Shown: positions 12,401 through 27,400 of the stretch, one piece after another
Layout of the letters: every line of letters begins with the position of its first letter
Position numbering within the stretch: the stretch's first letter is position 1
Assembly: GCA_903813345.2 (NCBI GenBank)
Contig: CAIIXF020000001.1
Span: 23,560,001-23,624,000 of the forward strand
Length of the DNA: 64,000 bases
Source of the DNA: Owenia fusiformis
Taxonomy: Eukaryota
Reading direction: 5' to 3'
Translations under genes and position numbers: made by a program
The notes under the pieces: generated by a model
What the model saw: the letters and a program-made list of their open reading frames with translations, nothing else
Databases searched by the model: none
What the model was told of the DNA's origin: nothing

Positions 12401-15400
12401 TAGTTTCTACACATAAATATAGATAAAGTATCAAGTTATAATTTCTCTTAAGTAAAAGCAAGTGAGACTATGCTGGCATGGTGATTTTTTATCAGTAGAA
12501 TATACTACATGGTGAGCAAAAAAACATTCTACAGGTGAAACTCCATATGAAGAAATGTTAATAATATCAGTAGAAGGTGTCCACTAAGAAGATGTCTAAT
12601 TAAAGCATTGTTTGCATTACATCTCTGGTTAGTTAGTGAGGAAATATAATCATTAGTAAGGATTAACAAGGTAGACATAGGTAATTACACAAAAATGTGG
12701 TGTTTAGGTTAATAAATGCAAAGTGATTAAGAACGCAAGAAACATATAAACACTTGACATAAACAGATAAAAGCATCTAATTTATAATTACAGCTGCGCT
12801 CGCATCCCATCCAAATGACTTATAGTAGCCTGGGGATTTAGTTTCTGAGCTCCGAGACAAAGTCACACCACTACCCTAATAATATAAAGATGCAACTGAC
12901 AAGCAGAAGATTCAAGTAAAATAAAGCACATTTTCTGCTTCAACCTGTAGATTTGCAATACAAGCTATATATGTACATGTATAGACCACACATTCTAGAT
13001 TTCTGCATGTAACAAATGTAAATTATGCATAAAAGATCTACACTATTCTGTGAAGGAAATGTAAATTCTACATAGTATTCTGCAAAAGTTATTATTGATG
13101 TAATCTGATTGGATACTTCTGGTAGCGGTGAAAATAATGTATTTTAAAAAGAACTCTTAAATTAAATGAATTGATTGTGAATTGTGCATTTTGATTTTGA
13201 GGACACTATTATCATGCTTCAATTTTCGATAAATCAAGAGATAATCCGAATGCTTCTGTGAAAATTCTGAAGAAGTCTAATTCTCTACATCTCTAATGCT
13301 CTACATCTTTTCAAAAACTATACTTCTGCACAGTTGAAAAATAGAATTCTATAATGTGTGTTAAACACTTGTCTTGAAAAAAAGGTAAAATCCTTCATAT
13401 ACTTTATGAAGTATAGTATATTATTATACTAGTAATAGATATTATTTGCTACATGTACTTGCAAGCAAACTACACTACACAAATTTTTAAAATGCCACAC
13501 AGAAATGAATTTATTTGTCCATGAAATATTAAACTTCTATCAAATATTTCTACAAGATTAACATTTTATGGCTATGTCCAAAATACAGAACAGCACAATT
13601 CTTTCTGAACTGAAATTATGAAAAAAATAATGAGTGATTTTGAACAAAGCAGTGACCAAACCTTTTTCTTGTTTCCTCTAGCAGACTAGCAAAATTCACA
13701 AGAGATTAAAAAGCAAGTATAACCAATACAGCCAAGGAGCTTGATTCCACATAAATATGCAATGGTACATATACATGCAAGATCCCCTAAGATGGTTAGA
13801 TATACAATAAATACAGATTTACATACAAAATGAATGCATGTTTTTGAAATAGCAAAGACAACCCAGTCCTGAATAGAAGCTGAAAAATCTGGATATTTGC
13901 ATTTTGTTTTATGCCTCAGTTATATTTGTTATGGCAACGTTATGATCTAATATTTCAATCGCCATTAGCAATTCGATAGACGCAGTCAAATTTTGGTCAA
14001 ATACTTTCACATATATTACAGCAGCCATATGGCATATGTTTTGATTTTTTTTGGTCAATACAGTCTTGGAAATGATGACACATGGTCACTGTAGGGCATT
14101 CATAGGTATTTCTCAATTTGGGGGAACTGCAGTTGCCATACAGTTGTCATAGAGGAAATGTAACGAACTGAGGCATTAAATTCACACATGAACACTATGT
14201 AGGTATTCTATGCAGGATCAAATATTTTCTCTCTGAATTATATCATATATAGTTTTAGATGTCTTCATTACCTTTTGTTCATTATCATCATCATCCTCAA
14301 AATCATCCTCATAATCCTGCAATAAAAGAATCAGATTTATTTTGCAATTCAAAAATAGACATAAACATCTTGTTTCATACCCTATTACAAGTACAATTCA
14401 TTCAACAGGTTAAAACGTTTAGTTTCTTTTGACATGAACTTGGATTTGGACAAAGAGTGTACATAAAGCAAGATATCAAAATGAATTCAGCTATATTTGC
14501 CACGATAATATTATATATGATATAAAAAAACACACCTCAAAGTCATCATCGTAATTATATTCATCTTCGTTAGCATCATTGCTGCCCATATTGACCACTG
14601 TGTCTGACTGTACTGGAGTAGGAGGTTCATAGTGCTCAATCTCAGCCTACAAATTCAAGCAACAGTGTTATCCTAAATCTTCCTCTTCGCATGTCATTTC
14701 TAAGCACAAAATTTATTTTAAAGCGTGAACGATTTTGGAAGAAATATAATAAAAGTAAATATGGAAACTAAAATGCAGAGAAATATACAGAATTTCAATA
14801 TTTAAAATGACATACATGAACAATTTGTATGATTTAAAAATAGATAACTCATGTAACTGAAGTTATACAATAAAACATGAAACTTACATGCTTTTTACAT
14901 AAACGGAATTCAGTATGCACATATAGTACACAAATAACTGTTTAGGCAGAGAATATGTTTCAACAACATATACTTATATTAGAGGTGTCAAGTATTAACC
15001 GGTTAACCGGTTAACCGCCGATAATGCCTTGACCGGTCTGAGTTTTTATGGGCGGTTAGTTGACCGTGTATAATTCTGTTATTTCCCGCGCTTATTTTGC
15101 ATGCTAATCCGTTTGGTTTTATGGTGTCAGTTTCACGTAAGCTACTCATACATGTCATAAGTCCAATAACTCCTTACAAACATCCAATCAGCAACTTTAA
15201 TCCCTGCCACATTGCTTTCCCGCGCTTACTTTGCATTTTTTGTTTGTTTTTCAAGCGTCAGTTTCATGTGAGCTACTCATACATGTGATAGGTCCGATAA
15301 TTCCTTACAAACATCCAATCAGCAACTTTAATCCCTGCCACATTGCTTTCCCGCGCTTACTTACATAGAATAGCGTAAAGCTTGACGAACGTAAAAAATA

Positions 15401-18400
15401 AACGCCGATATATCTTTTTTCCAATTTTTTTCAACTTTCAAGATCGAAGATGAAGATTCCATTTGAAATTATCAGTTCAAATTTCCCGCCGGTTAACCGA
15501 CTTTAACCGGTAAAAACCCCCGGTTCGGTTAATGCTCAAGCAGTTAATTGACACCACTAACTTATATAGTCTACTTATTAAAAGTGTCGTTCACCAATGA
15601 GACTTAATGGCTAGCTAAAGCTACTGCCTGTAGATGTCTGATAGGTTGAACAATGCTCCATATATAATAATTAAATCATGGTACAGGATAACTCATTATG
15701 TGCCTTTTGATCTTGAATCCTGATTGGTTTGGTTTAAAGATAAGTAGAAAACATAAAAAAGAGTTGTGGTGCAAAAAGTACATCATAAAAGTAAAACAAA
15801 ATGACTTAAAAATTAGAAATAATATGCAAGAAATCTATTAGGAGTGTACAGTTAATCCTGTATACCTCTCAATGTGAACACTTTTTGGACACAAAACGCT
15901 TTTGGCAAGTTTCAGTGGCATTCAGAGTAGACAGGTTTTAGTGTTTTACTGTACATAACAAATCAAGAATATCTTATAATATACAATATAATGTACTATG
16001 ACAAAGAAAGACAGAACATCACACAAAATGGTGTGCAAAGCAAAACATACCAGGCCCGTAGCCAGGATTTTCCAAGGGGGGGTTCAGTTTTCAAATATTT
16101 CCAGGGGGGTTCACATTTGACAATTTTGGCCCAAATATGGCTAAAATCATTTGAGAAGTGCTCAAAATGATGAAAAACTGCCCCCCCTGGCTACGGGCCT
16201 GCATACACAATGATATAACATTTTTTCAGGCACAATAAATTTTGGCTTAATTTTCCTCATCTGCTGAAGTTCTGCTTTTTAATCTCATGGTATTATAATG
16301 CTAGAAAGTGTAGATTGTAGGCAGTGGTATTTAAATGGTTTAAACATTGTGAGCTTATCCAAGGTAACTTATAGAAATACTTCACATTTATAGAATTCAT
16401 GTTTAGATATATACACACTCAGGTTACTGTATCTAGATAGGAAATTATGGCAGATTATTGAAGATCAGTGAAATGCAACTTAATTAAACCATAGCCCCAA
16501 AAATAAATAAAATGAAATACAACAAGAAAATAATTAACAGATTAACAGAGAGATACCACAGTTAGATCCTTAACTACTAAAAACGATACCACTCCCTGAC
16601 AAATGATCAATAATTAACAAGTGCATGAACTTAAAACAATATACAAGACAACATACAGCATCTTCCGAGTGTTTAGAAGCAGCTTTAAATGTTACATCAG
16701 ATTTCCTTGATCCCTAGAAAAAGCAAACAAAATGAATGAAATTTGAATAGATTGTTTTATTGAAGAGGCTGTTGAATGTGACATGATGCACTATATATAC
16801 AGTAGTACTATATGTGCACTTTTAAATGTGATCTTGCTTACTGTATCTTCTCTTGTTCATGTGAACTTGTTTATGGTAAGTTATGTCTCTTGCAAATGTG
16901 ACATTATTTACTGTCTGCATGTTGTAAATATGGCATTGTTTACTGTATGCATATTGTAAATGTGACATTGTTTACTGATTGCATATTGTAAATGTGGCAT
17001 TGTTTACTGTATGCATATTGTAAATGTGACATTGTTTACTGTCTGCATATTGTAAATGTGACATTGTTTACTGTCTGCATATTGTAAATGTGACATTGTT
17101 TACTGATTGCATATTGTAAATGTGGCATTGTTTACTGTATGCATATTGTAAATGTGACATTGTTTACTGTATGCATATTGTAAATGTGACATTGTTTACT
17201 GTCTGCATATTGTAAATGTGACATTGTTTACTGTATGCATATTGTAAATGTGACATTGTTTACTGTCTGCATATTGTAAATGTGACATTGTTTACTGATT
17301 GCATATTGTAAATGTGACATTGTTTACTGATTGCATATTGTAAATGTGGCATTGTTTACTGTATGCATATTGTAAATGTGACATTGTTTACTGATTGCAT
17401 ATTGTAAATGTGACATTGTTTACTGTCTGCATGTTGTAAATATGGCATTGTTTACTGTCTGCATATTGTAAATGTGACATTGTTTACTGATTGCATATTG
17501 TAAATGTGGCATTGTTTACTGTATGCATATTGTAAATGTGGCATTGTTTACTGATTACATATTGTAAATGTGGCATTGTTTACTGTCTGCAGATTGTAAA
17601 TGTAGCATTGTTTACTGTATGCATATTGTAAATGTGGTATTGTTTACTGTATGCATATTGTAAATGTGACATTGTTTACTGATTGCATATTGTAAATGTG
17701 ACATTGTTTACTGATTGCATATTGTAAATGTGGAATTGTTTACTGTATGCATATTGTAAATGTGGTATTGTTTACTGTATGCATATTGTAAATGTGACAT
17801 TGTTTACTGATTGCATATTGTAAATGTGACATTGTTTACTGATTGCATATTGTAAATGTGACATTGTTTACTGTCTGCATATTGTAAATGTGGCATAGTT
17901 TACTGTATGCATATTGTAAATGTGGCATTGTTTAATGTATGCATATTGTAAATGTGACATTGTTTACTGTCTGCATATTGTAAATAAGGCATTGTTTACT
18001 GTATGCATATTGTAAATGTGACATTGTTTACTGTATGTCTCTGTGTATGTGACATTGTTTATTGTTAGTACCTCAGTGTAAATACTCGCATCTGATTGGT
18101 CAATTAGCGGTCAACATTTTTGCCTGTACCCCACCTGTGCATCATGGGATATCATATTATTGACCGCGTATGTTACTGTACTACACTTGTGAATTATGGG
18201 GAATATGACGTCATAATGTCTACAGAAAAAACATGGTAGACGGACATTTTGTAAACGTTGATGAAAGTGATATTGTGACTTTACTAGACGACAAGTATAG
18301 CAAAAATACAAATAGAAACGTAAAATTAACATTAATTTACTAGTAAGTATGCAGTGATGTGCCGGAAACAGAGAGTTAAGCTACCACTGTCTTCAGATTT

Positions 18401-21400
18401 TCTTAAAAAATCATTGCTGGCGTGGTTCGGAGGAAAGATTGTAAAATGAAGCCATGATTGATGATTGTCATCTATATGTGTATTATTAGTTTCTTCTGAC
18501 TAACAAAACAATTGTAGACCTCTCCATTCGGTCAACCGTTAAAATCATATACCTCGACTGTAAACCTTGAAACTACTGTTGACCTAGACCTTCGGTCTCT
18601 GTCAACAGTAGTGTCTCGGTTTACAGTCTTGGTATACAATTTTGCCGGTTGACCTCTGGAGAGGTCAACAATTGTATACTGTATGTCTCTGTGTATGTGA
18701 CATTGGTTACTGTATGTCTCTGTGTATGTGACATTGTTTACTGTATGTCTCTGTGTATATGACATTGTTTACTGTATGTCTCTGTGTATGTGACATCGTT
18801 TACTGTATGTCCCTGTGTATGTGACATTGTTTACTGTGTGTCTATTGTAAATGTGATATATTTCCTTTTATTCCATACTTAGTAATGTTCTAGGTAAATA
18901 ACATGCGTTAATATAATTGATATGTCAAGTGAGCGGGTGATATATATCATCAGCTCATCAGACTTATGATGTCACAAATTCAGGGATTAGATACTGAGCT
19001 AGGGGATTTGGCTATTGTTCCTCATAATCTAATAAGTATAGAATAAATCAGTTATTTAATGCTCGATTTTTGATACAGGGTATATCCCTCGGTAAATACA
19101 ATATATCAACCCTCTGTCCCTACGGCCCCTCGGGTAGATATATTGTATTTCCCTCAGTATACCCTGTATCAAACACCTCCCATTAAATAACCTCTATGTA
19201 TTCTCAGTTTGTGAATGTGTTTAGTATTTTAAATCTAAATAGTAAATTCCCTCCAAAGCACCTCTAGAAGTATAAAGCAGAAATCTACAATGCCAGAGGA
19301 ATATTTTCAAAATCATAGAAAAATACCTATAAGAACGCTCTAACACGTCAGGTTTTAGAATATTCTGAATAGGAATTAAAAAGCTTTCATATGTTTTCAT
19401 AATTTATCCAAAGTTTAACGCTATGGGAAACAATTCCCTAATAGCCACACACAGTGCTTCACATATATCAAAAGATTGCAGAAATCGTAGGGAAAAAGTT
19501 GATCTTCAAAGGAAACAAGTGGGCAATAATAAAGTACTGCCCATATTTTACCAAAATGTTTATGATAAATAATTGCGAATTATAAATCCAGTTTATACTG
19601 CACAGTTTTTATGTGCATATGAAATGAGTCAGACTTCCTTTTTGAAAATCTTCAGTTTCTGTTTATCCTTCGACATTTACATTGATTTCATTCTTATTTC
19701 ATTCTTATTGGAATTCTGCACAGGCGCTTAAAACGTCGATTACAGTAGTTTAATTTGGGAATACATATATGCAAGTGATGTCAAAATTCCTGAATCCTTT
19801 ATAAGCAAAATAAGAGTGAGAGAATTTACTCTTCATTACAAATATTTACCTCATCTTTCCTTGACTTCTTGTCCCTATCTCTGTGCTTCCCTGACTTTTC
19901 AGAGACTTCCTGGTCCCCTATATTCTGACTCTGTAACGTATAACATGGGCAATGTATATCTTTTTGAATAAATGTTCCATTTGGCCATGCATGTGAATAC
20001 ACAGTGTTTTACAAGCAATCATAGTGATCTCAACATGTATTTTTCCAACAGACTAGTACAAAATCCTAATACTACCTGTCTTGGCCCAAATATTTAATGT
20101 TCTTTTAATATTTTTGATATGTCCTCTAATTTATTGCCATTGTTATAGATATTGTCTTAGATCTGTAAAAATTCAAAAATATCTATAAGTGGACACTGCA
20201 AGTTCCAAGTCAATCTGATCCTCATTTCTGATATACTATATTGTAAAATGGAAAGAGGGCATCAACATGCAAAATGTCACCACCTGCCATTAGTTACAGA
20301 CACTGAACACCAAACCCCAACCACTGAACACCAGCAATAGGATGCTAAACACTGTCCACAAAAAAGTTGGAGTGTGGTGATGACATAACAAAAATGTAAC
20401 AAATTACAGATGCTTGGAGCAAAAAGTGGAGGCCATATGTCATGTCCCCATGAAATAAAACTTCATCTTACAATACAAGTCCCTCCTTAAAGAAATACCA
20501 ACAATACAAACAATGCAACAATGAACAGTTTTAAACAACAAACTTAATGCTTAAGGTATGACTTATCTATTGCAATACCGGTACTCTCACTGTTAATGTG
20601 ATTTTGCCTTTGGATTTCTGTTTTCTAATACCAGAATGAAATGATGTCTTTTTACTAGAAACTTTACTCGCTTTTCCAAAGGGTGAACTATCTAAGGATT
20701 TGTTACGAGGTCCAGCAGGCAATGCCCTAGTTAAGGAAGACTGTCTAGATGGAGTAGATTTTGTTCTCTGGTCCTTCTGACCGAGACTTCCTGCTTTATC
20801 TTTTATCTTTATGGGCTAAAAATATCATTGGCTACCTTTACTTGTATCCTGGCATAAAAGACAGTTAGCGCAAAAGCTGAATCCATACACCACCCACACA
20901 TAAAAAGTAACATTTTTATCTCATACTTTGGAAATGAGAAATAAAAACACAAAAATCTCATCATCAATATATACTACATAAATGAGGAAAATAATTTCTA
21001 TGTATATCAACCTCTTCTCTCTTCTTCCTCTCCTTTCTTTCTGCTCTTCGTCTCTCTCTATCGCCATCATCTTCTTCATCTCTGTGCTTCCTATGCTTTC
21101 TTTCATCCTGAAACAACATGACATCACTATGACAACAGACAAAATGTAAGCAACTGATTGCAATTACAAAATGGTAACAATTACAGATGCCAAATACAAA
21201 TATGCTAAATGCTGGTTGCAAAAACATCAGTCGCTTTAACAATATGTCTCCAAAATGACATAAAATTGCAAAAAGTATTTCTCACCAATTCCTCAGAATA
21301 AATAACTAAATATTAAGGTGTATATGAGTATTGTGGCTTACATCATTATCTCTGTCTCTCCTATGTTTCCTCTCTTTATCCTTGTCATCCTCTCCATCTT

Positions 21401-24400
21401 TGTTCCTCCTTTTCTCTTCCTTTCGCATCCTCCTCTCATCATCATCCTGAAAAAGATTAACTAATGCATGTTTACATGTTCCATTATGCATACTCTGATT
21501 AGACATGTTTTATGAGACTGGACCAAAAAATTGAAAATAATATAAAACAGATGAATTAAAGTAATTCTAAGTTACTCAAACAACTACTGTACACTCTAAA
21601 TAAAAGAAAATAAACAAACAAAATAATGTGACAATTAAAATAAAGAGCGAGAAATTAAATTAGCAGAATAAAGCATAATACAAAAACTCCCATTGAAACA
21701 CTTATATCTGAGAAATTAAGAGGTGGGAGGGGGGGTGAACCTTATATACCTCATCTTCCCTATGTTTCCTTCTCTCTCTCCTTTTCTCTCTCTCCTCCTC
21801 CGTTTCATTCTCCTTATCTCTGTGACGTCTCCTCCTTTCCTTATCATCTCCCTGTGGCATATTTATGACATAATAACATAACAGAACTACTAAACATGGG
21901 AGCATCAGAGATGGAGTACAACCTGTTTTTCATAATTATCATAATTTTAAATGTCTTCAGGTTGAAGATATTTCTTTTCAATAGAAAAATTCGTTTTGAG
22001 GTGAGGTAAAGGAAATTTTTTTCTTGACCTTTCCCTGACATTTCAATGTTCCATTGAAATGTTAATGAATACATTAATACTGGCAAGTTTTCCATTTACA
22101 TGTATCATGGGCTTTCAACTAGCTAATTGAAAGCCCATGCATGTATACAGGGCGTATCAAAAAAAAACGCAACAAGTTGTTATCTCGTAAAATCACAAAA
22201 CTAGTAATGACTACATCAATTTCATTTAATGTACCATAAAGCCATGTCTCTCCTCTTTGCAATGATATGTCATTCCTTCACATGTGGTAATGGTTGGGTG
22301 AGAAATCCTTCCATTTGCACAGTGGGTCAAAATCGGCTCTGCGCCAAGTTTTAGATATCGAAAAAATCAGTGCAAGGGCTAAGTGCCAATGGAAGTTCCC
22401 CTGACTTTAATTGTTGTGACTTTTTCTTTTGGAGCTATCTCAGGAGCATCTGTGCTCACAATTCCTCCACCAGATATTGCAAAACCTCGAGAAAGATTTG
22501 CCCATGGGCTGCTTTTCTTTGCTTTAACCCACACATGATTCAGGGCTGAACCATGCATGACGTGGACAGATGAGCGCATCTTTATGTGCAAGGAAGTGGA
22601 GGGGTATAGGATGTATTCTTGCAAAGGTATGAGTATGAACACTTTACTGTCTATGCCATACCTGTCACACCTTCTTCCAATAGCCCCTATGCCCCTTGTA
22701 CTGACTTTTGCAATGTTTTAAACTTGGGTCCGAGCTGAATTTTGCCCCACTTTGCAAAATTAATGATTATTCGGCCAGAGATGACTCCCTGTGAATGAAT
22801 AATATTCGATTGCAAAGAGGAGTAATTTGGCTTTTTGGTACATTGAATTAAAAGGATGCAGTCAGCATTGGTTTTATGTTTTCGTCCAATATTGCATCGG
22901 GCTCCGTACACTGACTTTTGCAATGTTTATAACTTGGCCCAAACTAATTTTGGCCCACTTTGCAAATGGATGATTACTCACCCAACCATGACCAAATATC
23001 GATGAATGATATATCATTGTAAAGAGGAGACAAATGGCTTTATGGTGCATTGAATGAAATCAATGCTGTTATCACTGGTTTCGTGCTTTTCCAAGATAAC
23101 ATTCTGTTGCGTTTTTTTGATACGCACTGTACATCTCTGACTCTCATTTTAATAAACATACAAAACATTATTTCAAAGTTGAGATAACAGCAAAATATAA
23201 AATACAAAATATGAAGCACTGTGAACATGCAAAGAGCAAAAAGGGAGTGTGAACAGCATAAACATAAAACATAACAACAATAATAGAAAGAAATCATTTT
23301 TAAAATACTAAAGAAAATAAGAAAACACTTTTCAAATCCTGTCCCTCATTAACATATGTAAATGACCCTCTGTCAGTGGAACACTTCCCAAGAAGAACAC
23401 TGTTTTGATCACTCCCTACATCATCTTTGTATTGTTGTATGCATATATATTTAATAAAATTGAAAATTAATAAAATTAAAATTGAATTCTTTAATTGTAC
23501 TTTAAATTGCAAGATAAAACAGTTCTAGGACATATCTGTAATTAGTAGTGGTAGATGTAGTTTATATACTGGATAGTTAAACCCTCCTGTAACATGACCT
23601 CGTTTGGGAACCACTTACCTCCTCATCTTTTTCACGATGCCTCCTTCTTCTATCATCATCTCCATCATCGTTTTCTTTATCTCTATGTCGTCGTCTTCTC
23701 TCTTTATCATCATCTCTATCATCATTTTCTTTATCTCTATGGCGTCTCCTCCTCTCTTTATCATCATCACCATCATTCTCCTTTTTACGTCTTCTATGTT
23801 CTCTGTCATCTCCATTCTGTAATAAAAAGGATTTGTGTGCAAAGGGTAATGTAAGCAGATACAGATGTTTCAATTCAGAATCTGTTATTGTTATTCCCTG
23901 ACATATTAATATCTAAAATTCAATTTATTCAGAGAAATAAATAATTTAAAATCTCATTTCTTTTTCATCTAATCATATACTGTTATGGTGAATCTGACAT
24001 CAGGTAAATTTCCTTTAGTTAATTAGTGACAGTGATATAACCTACATGTTTAAATCTACATACCTCTTCATTTTCCTTCCGACGTCTTCTCTCTTTGTCC
24101 TTATCCCTATCACCATCTTCTTCCTTTCTCTTACGTCTCTCTTCTTTCCTCTTCCTCCTTTCATCATCATCCTGCATTATGATTTTACTTAGTAACAATT
24201 GGGAAATCTGACATTCATGAGTGGTGGATAATACAGTTACAAAAGTGAAAAATTACAGTAACAAGTGGGAAATATGACAGCAACAAGAGTATACAAAGCG
24301 TTGATATGCAAAATGTCAACACCTGCCATTTGTTACAGACCCAGAACACTGACCACCAAACACCAACCACCAAAAAATGGAGACCATAACAATATGGTGA

Positions 24401-27400
24401 CACACAGTAGCAAGTGGGAAAAATATGACAGTAATAAAACAGAACATGAGGGAAATAGTGTCATAGGGCATAGTATGTACCAGACCAGACCAGTACATGG
24501 TCAATTTTAATACTTAAGTCTTAAATGAGAGATATTTGTTTCCCAAACGTATACCCACCTCTTCAGCATCTTTAGATCTTCTATGTCTCCTTTCTCTGTC
24601 ATCATCCCCATTTTCATCATGCCTTTCTCTCCGCTCTTTATGCCTCCTCTCCCTACTGCCCCCCTCTGTAACATATCAAGTCTTATTAATATGTGAAGAG
24701 CAAGTATTAACTTGAACATGTTTGATGACAATCATTTGTACATTGACATGGTAATCAACAGAAAATATCAATCTGAAAAACATCACTCATTCTCAAAATT
24801 CTGTTTTCTTCCGATATAAGAAGCTCAGATGCATTAATTTGTAGAATGACACATCAATTTGGAAGAACATGGTGTTACAAATCTGGGAAGATCAACCCAC
24901 TTTACATGAGAATTTAAGAATGCATTTAATATTATTAATTCTTTCTTACCATTCTCTTTAATATTATTTCTTCAATAAATTCTTTCTTACCATTCTCATC
25001 TTTTCTCCTTCTATGTTTCTTTTCTTTATCTTCACCATTTATATCCTCATTGTGGCGGTCTTTCTTGCGATGTTCCCTCTCCCTGTCCTTGTCCCGGTGC
25101 TTTTTATGTGGCTTCTCATCATTGGCTTCCTGTCATATTAAATGTATATGATTGAAGGTTCATTGTATACATCTACGATTGATTTTAATCAAATTAAATC
25201 AAAAAGTCTTATATATCAATTCACTTGTCACTCATTTTGTTAATAGTTCCTTTTCAACTTTAGCATCGTATGAAATAACAAAATCTGTCCCGGCACATTG
25301 TCACCATGGTACAAATGATACAGTTAAAAGCTCTAGAGAATTGATACAATTTGCAAGTTATATATGTGTGTTATAGCAAGCTGGTGAATTCATATTTTAT
25401 AATTTACATTTCACTTTGCTCGCAAATTCAATTTAAAAGGCATCACGTATATAAACTTAATTGGTTAGTAAGAGTTATAACCAATAGAAATGCAGAATGA
25501 AGAGAAGCTGTCACCTTAATAGATTTCTTTAAATCTGATTCTTTCCAAGTGTCTTCTTTCCTATCCTTGTTCTAAAAAACAATGCATTAATTTAGTGTTG
25601 TAGTTTGGAAAATAAGAGAAATGACAGAACAGATCTATGAGAAATGTCACAGGATGTATTAGAAGATGACAAATACCAGATCTACTCTATATATACATGT
25701 ATATATCTAGTACATTTGTTCTCGATATCTATACTTCTATGAGAAATATCTACAAAAGTCATTAGAAATGTTACAGTGAGTATGAGAAGTGATGGATATG
25801 AGATATAAGTAATGAGTATCTAAGTAATGAAGATATTCTTATCAGCATTATTCTAAGCACAAAATAGCAAGTTTCACTCTATGCAGACGGAGCCTGTGGG
25901 AAATATTGGGATTGGCATGAATAAGCGGAGGGAGCTGAGTCAACGGTCATTTTTTTTAATTTAAATTTGGAGTACATCTGAAACTAAGCCATTTGGGGAC
26001 TTCAAATATACCCAGATATGTGTAGTTGACACCAAATATCAATAATTGTGAAAATAGTAGTGTAATTCATTCTATGGAGGAGTAGTATGCATGAAACCTT
26101 TCCTAGACCTTAATATTTAAAAATTGTCCTTTTTATTCAGCGTCCCCACCATTCAAAAAAATAGTGTTCAAGATACATGATCCATACAAATTATTTTTGT
26201 CTCTTTGAAGCCAGACAGTTTTTGTGTGATTTTAAAAAAATTCGGAAATGTTCATCAGAAATGAGCTCCCTCTAGTCAATATATTGGGTGTGGAAGATAA
26301 AGGTTATATGTTAATTGAGCTTTTCTTAAGTGGGCCATGCCTTCGTACTATGAGCGGGCTTGGACCATTCACGCCTTAGCTTATATGGCAAATCATCAAG
26401 GCAACTGCCAAGTCCTTAAATGATGTGATTGTGATTCATAGATATGACGTATCATACAAACTATGATGTCAGTCACATATTTACCTAATCGAGCAACTAT
26501 GAACAATCAAATAATCATAACGTCACTGCCTCGTTCTACATTAATATGTATATGTGTCGTTGTGAACATATTACCTAACCAACGGGTTTGTGTAAAAAAA
26601 CGGGTGACTGGGTAACCAGGTGACCGGGTACTTAACGTTCCTAGCAGGGTAAGAAATTTTTTTTATTTATAAAGTTGGATCTGGATGATACATGTGTGTA
26701 TTTTCGACGTCACGTTTTGAGGTTATTTCACATCGTAAGAACATTTTGACAAAATTAACTTTTAACATTAAAATAACGTCTGTAATGAACCGATTTAGTG
26801 AGAACATATTGACGTCTTTGTAAAGTTTCCTCAACTCACAAATATTTTGAAGCCATTTCCACAATGTTGAAATTCAACCATCCATCGACGTTTTGCTGAA
26901 TATTTAAATAACGTCAGATCAATACGGTCCATGAACGTCATTACTGACGTCACATTTTGAGGTTATTTCAAATCGAAAAAAATGTTTCGACAACATTAAA
27001 TTTTAACGTTAACACTACGTCGGTAAAGAACCAACTTAGTGAGAACACAAAGTTTTCATCATGTTTTTTTCCACCAACAAATATTTTGATATTAAAAGCC
27101 TGTTTTGACAACGTTGAATTTTAACGTTTGAGTTACGTCACATATGGACCAATGTAGTAAAAAATCAAACCTTCCTGTTTGTTATGTTTTCCACACTAAC
27201 AAACTTTACGGACACTTTACAACAACGTTCTTTTTATACCATCAATAGATGTCTCGTGTTTACGTTGCCTCGATGTGTAAAGAACGAAAATGTGCAACGT
27301 CTTCTAGGAACTTATATGCTACTTATGAGCAACGTGACATGGACGTCACTGTTTGCTGGATCGATCATTTTAAAAAGTGCTCTGTCTCGTATAAGGTAAA

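Noticed and set aside
19630-19720. Possible WDR60 exon or alternative start ([14 protein letters not shown])
   Set aside because: In-frame stop from the nearest acceptor and a weak donor; unsupported
23594-23854. His-rich and Ile/Ser-rich ORFs
   Set aside because: Antisense or alternative frames of the repetitive WDR60 exon 23619-23816
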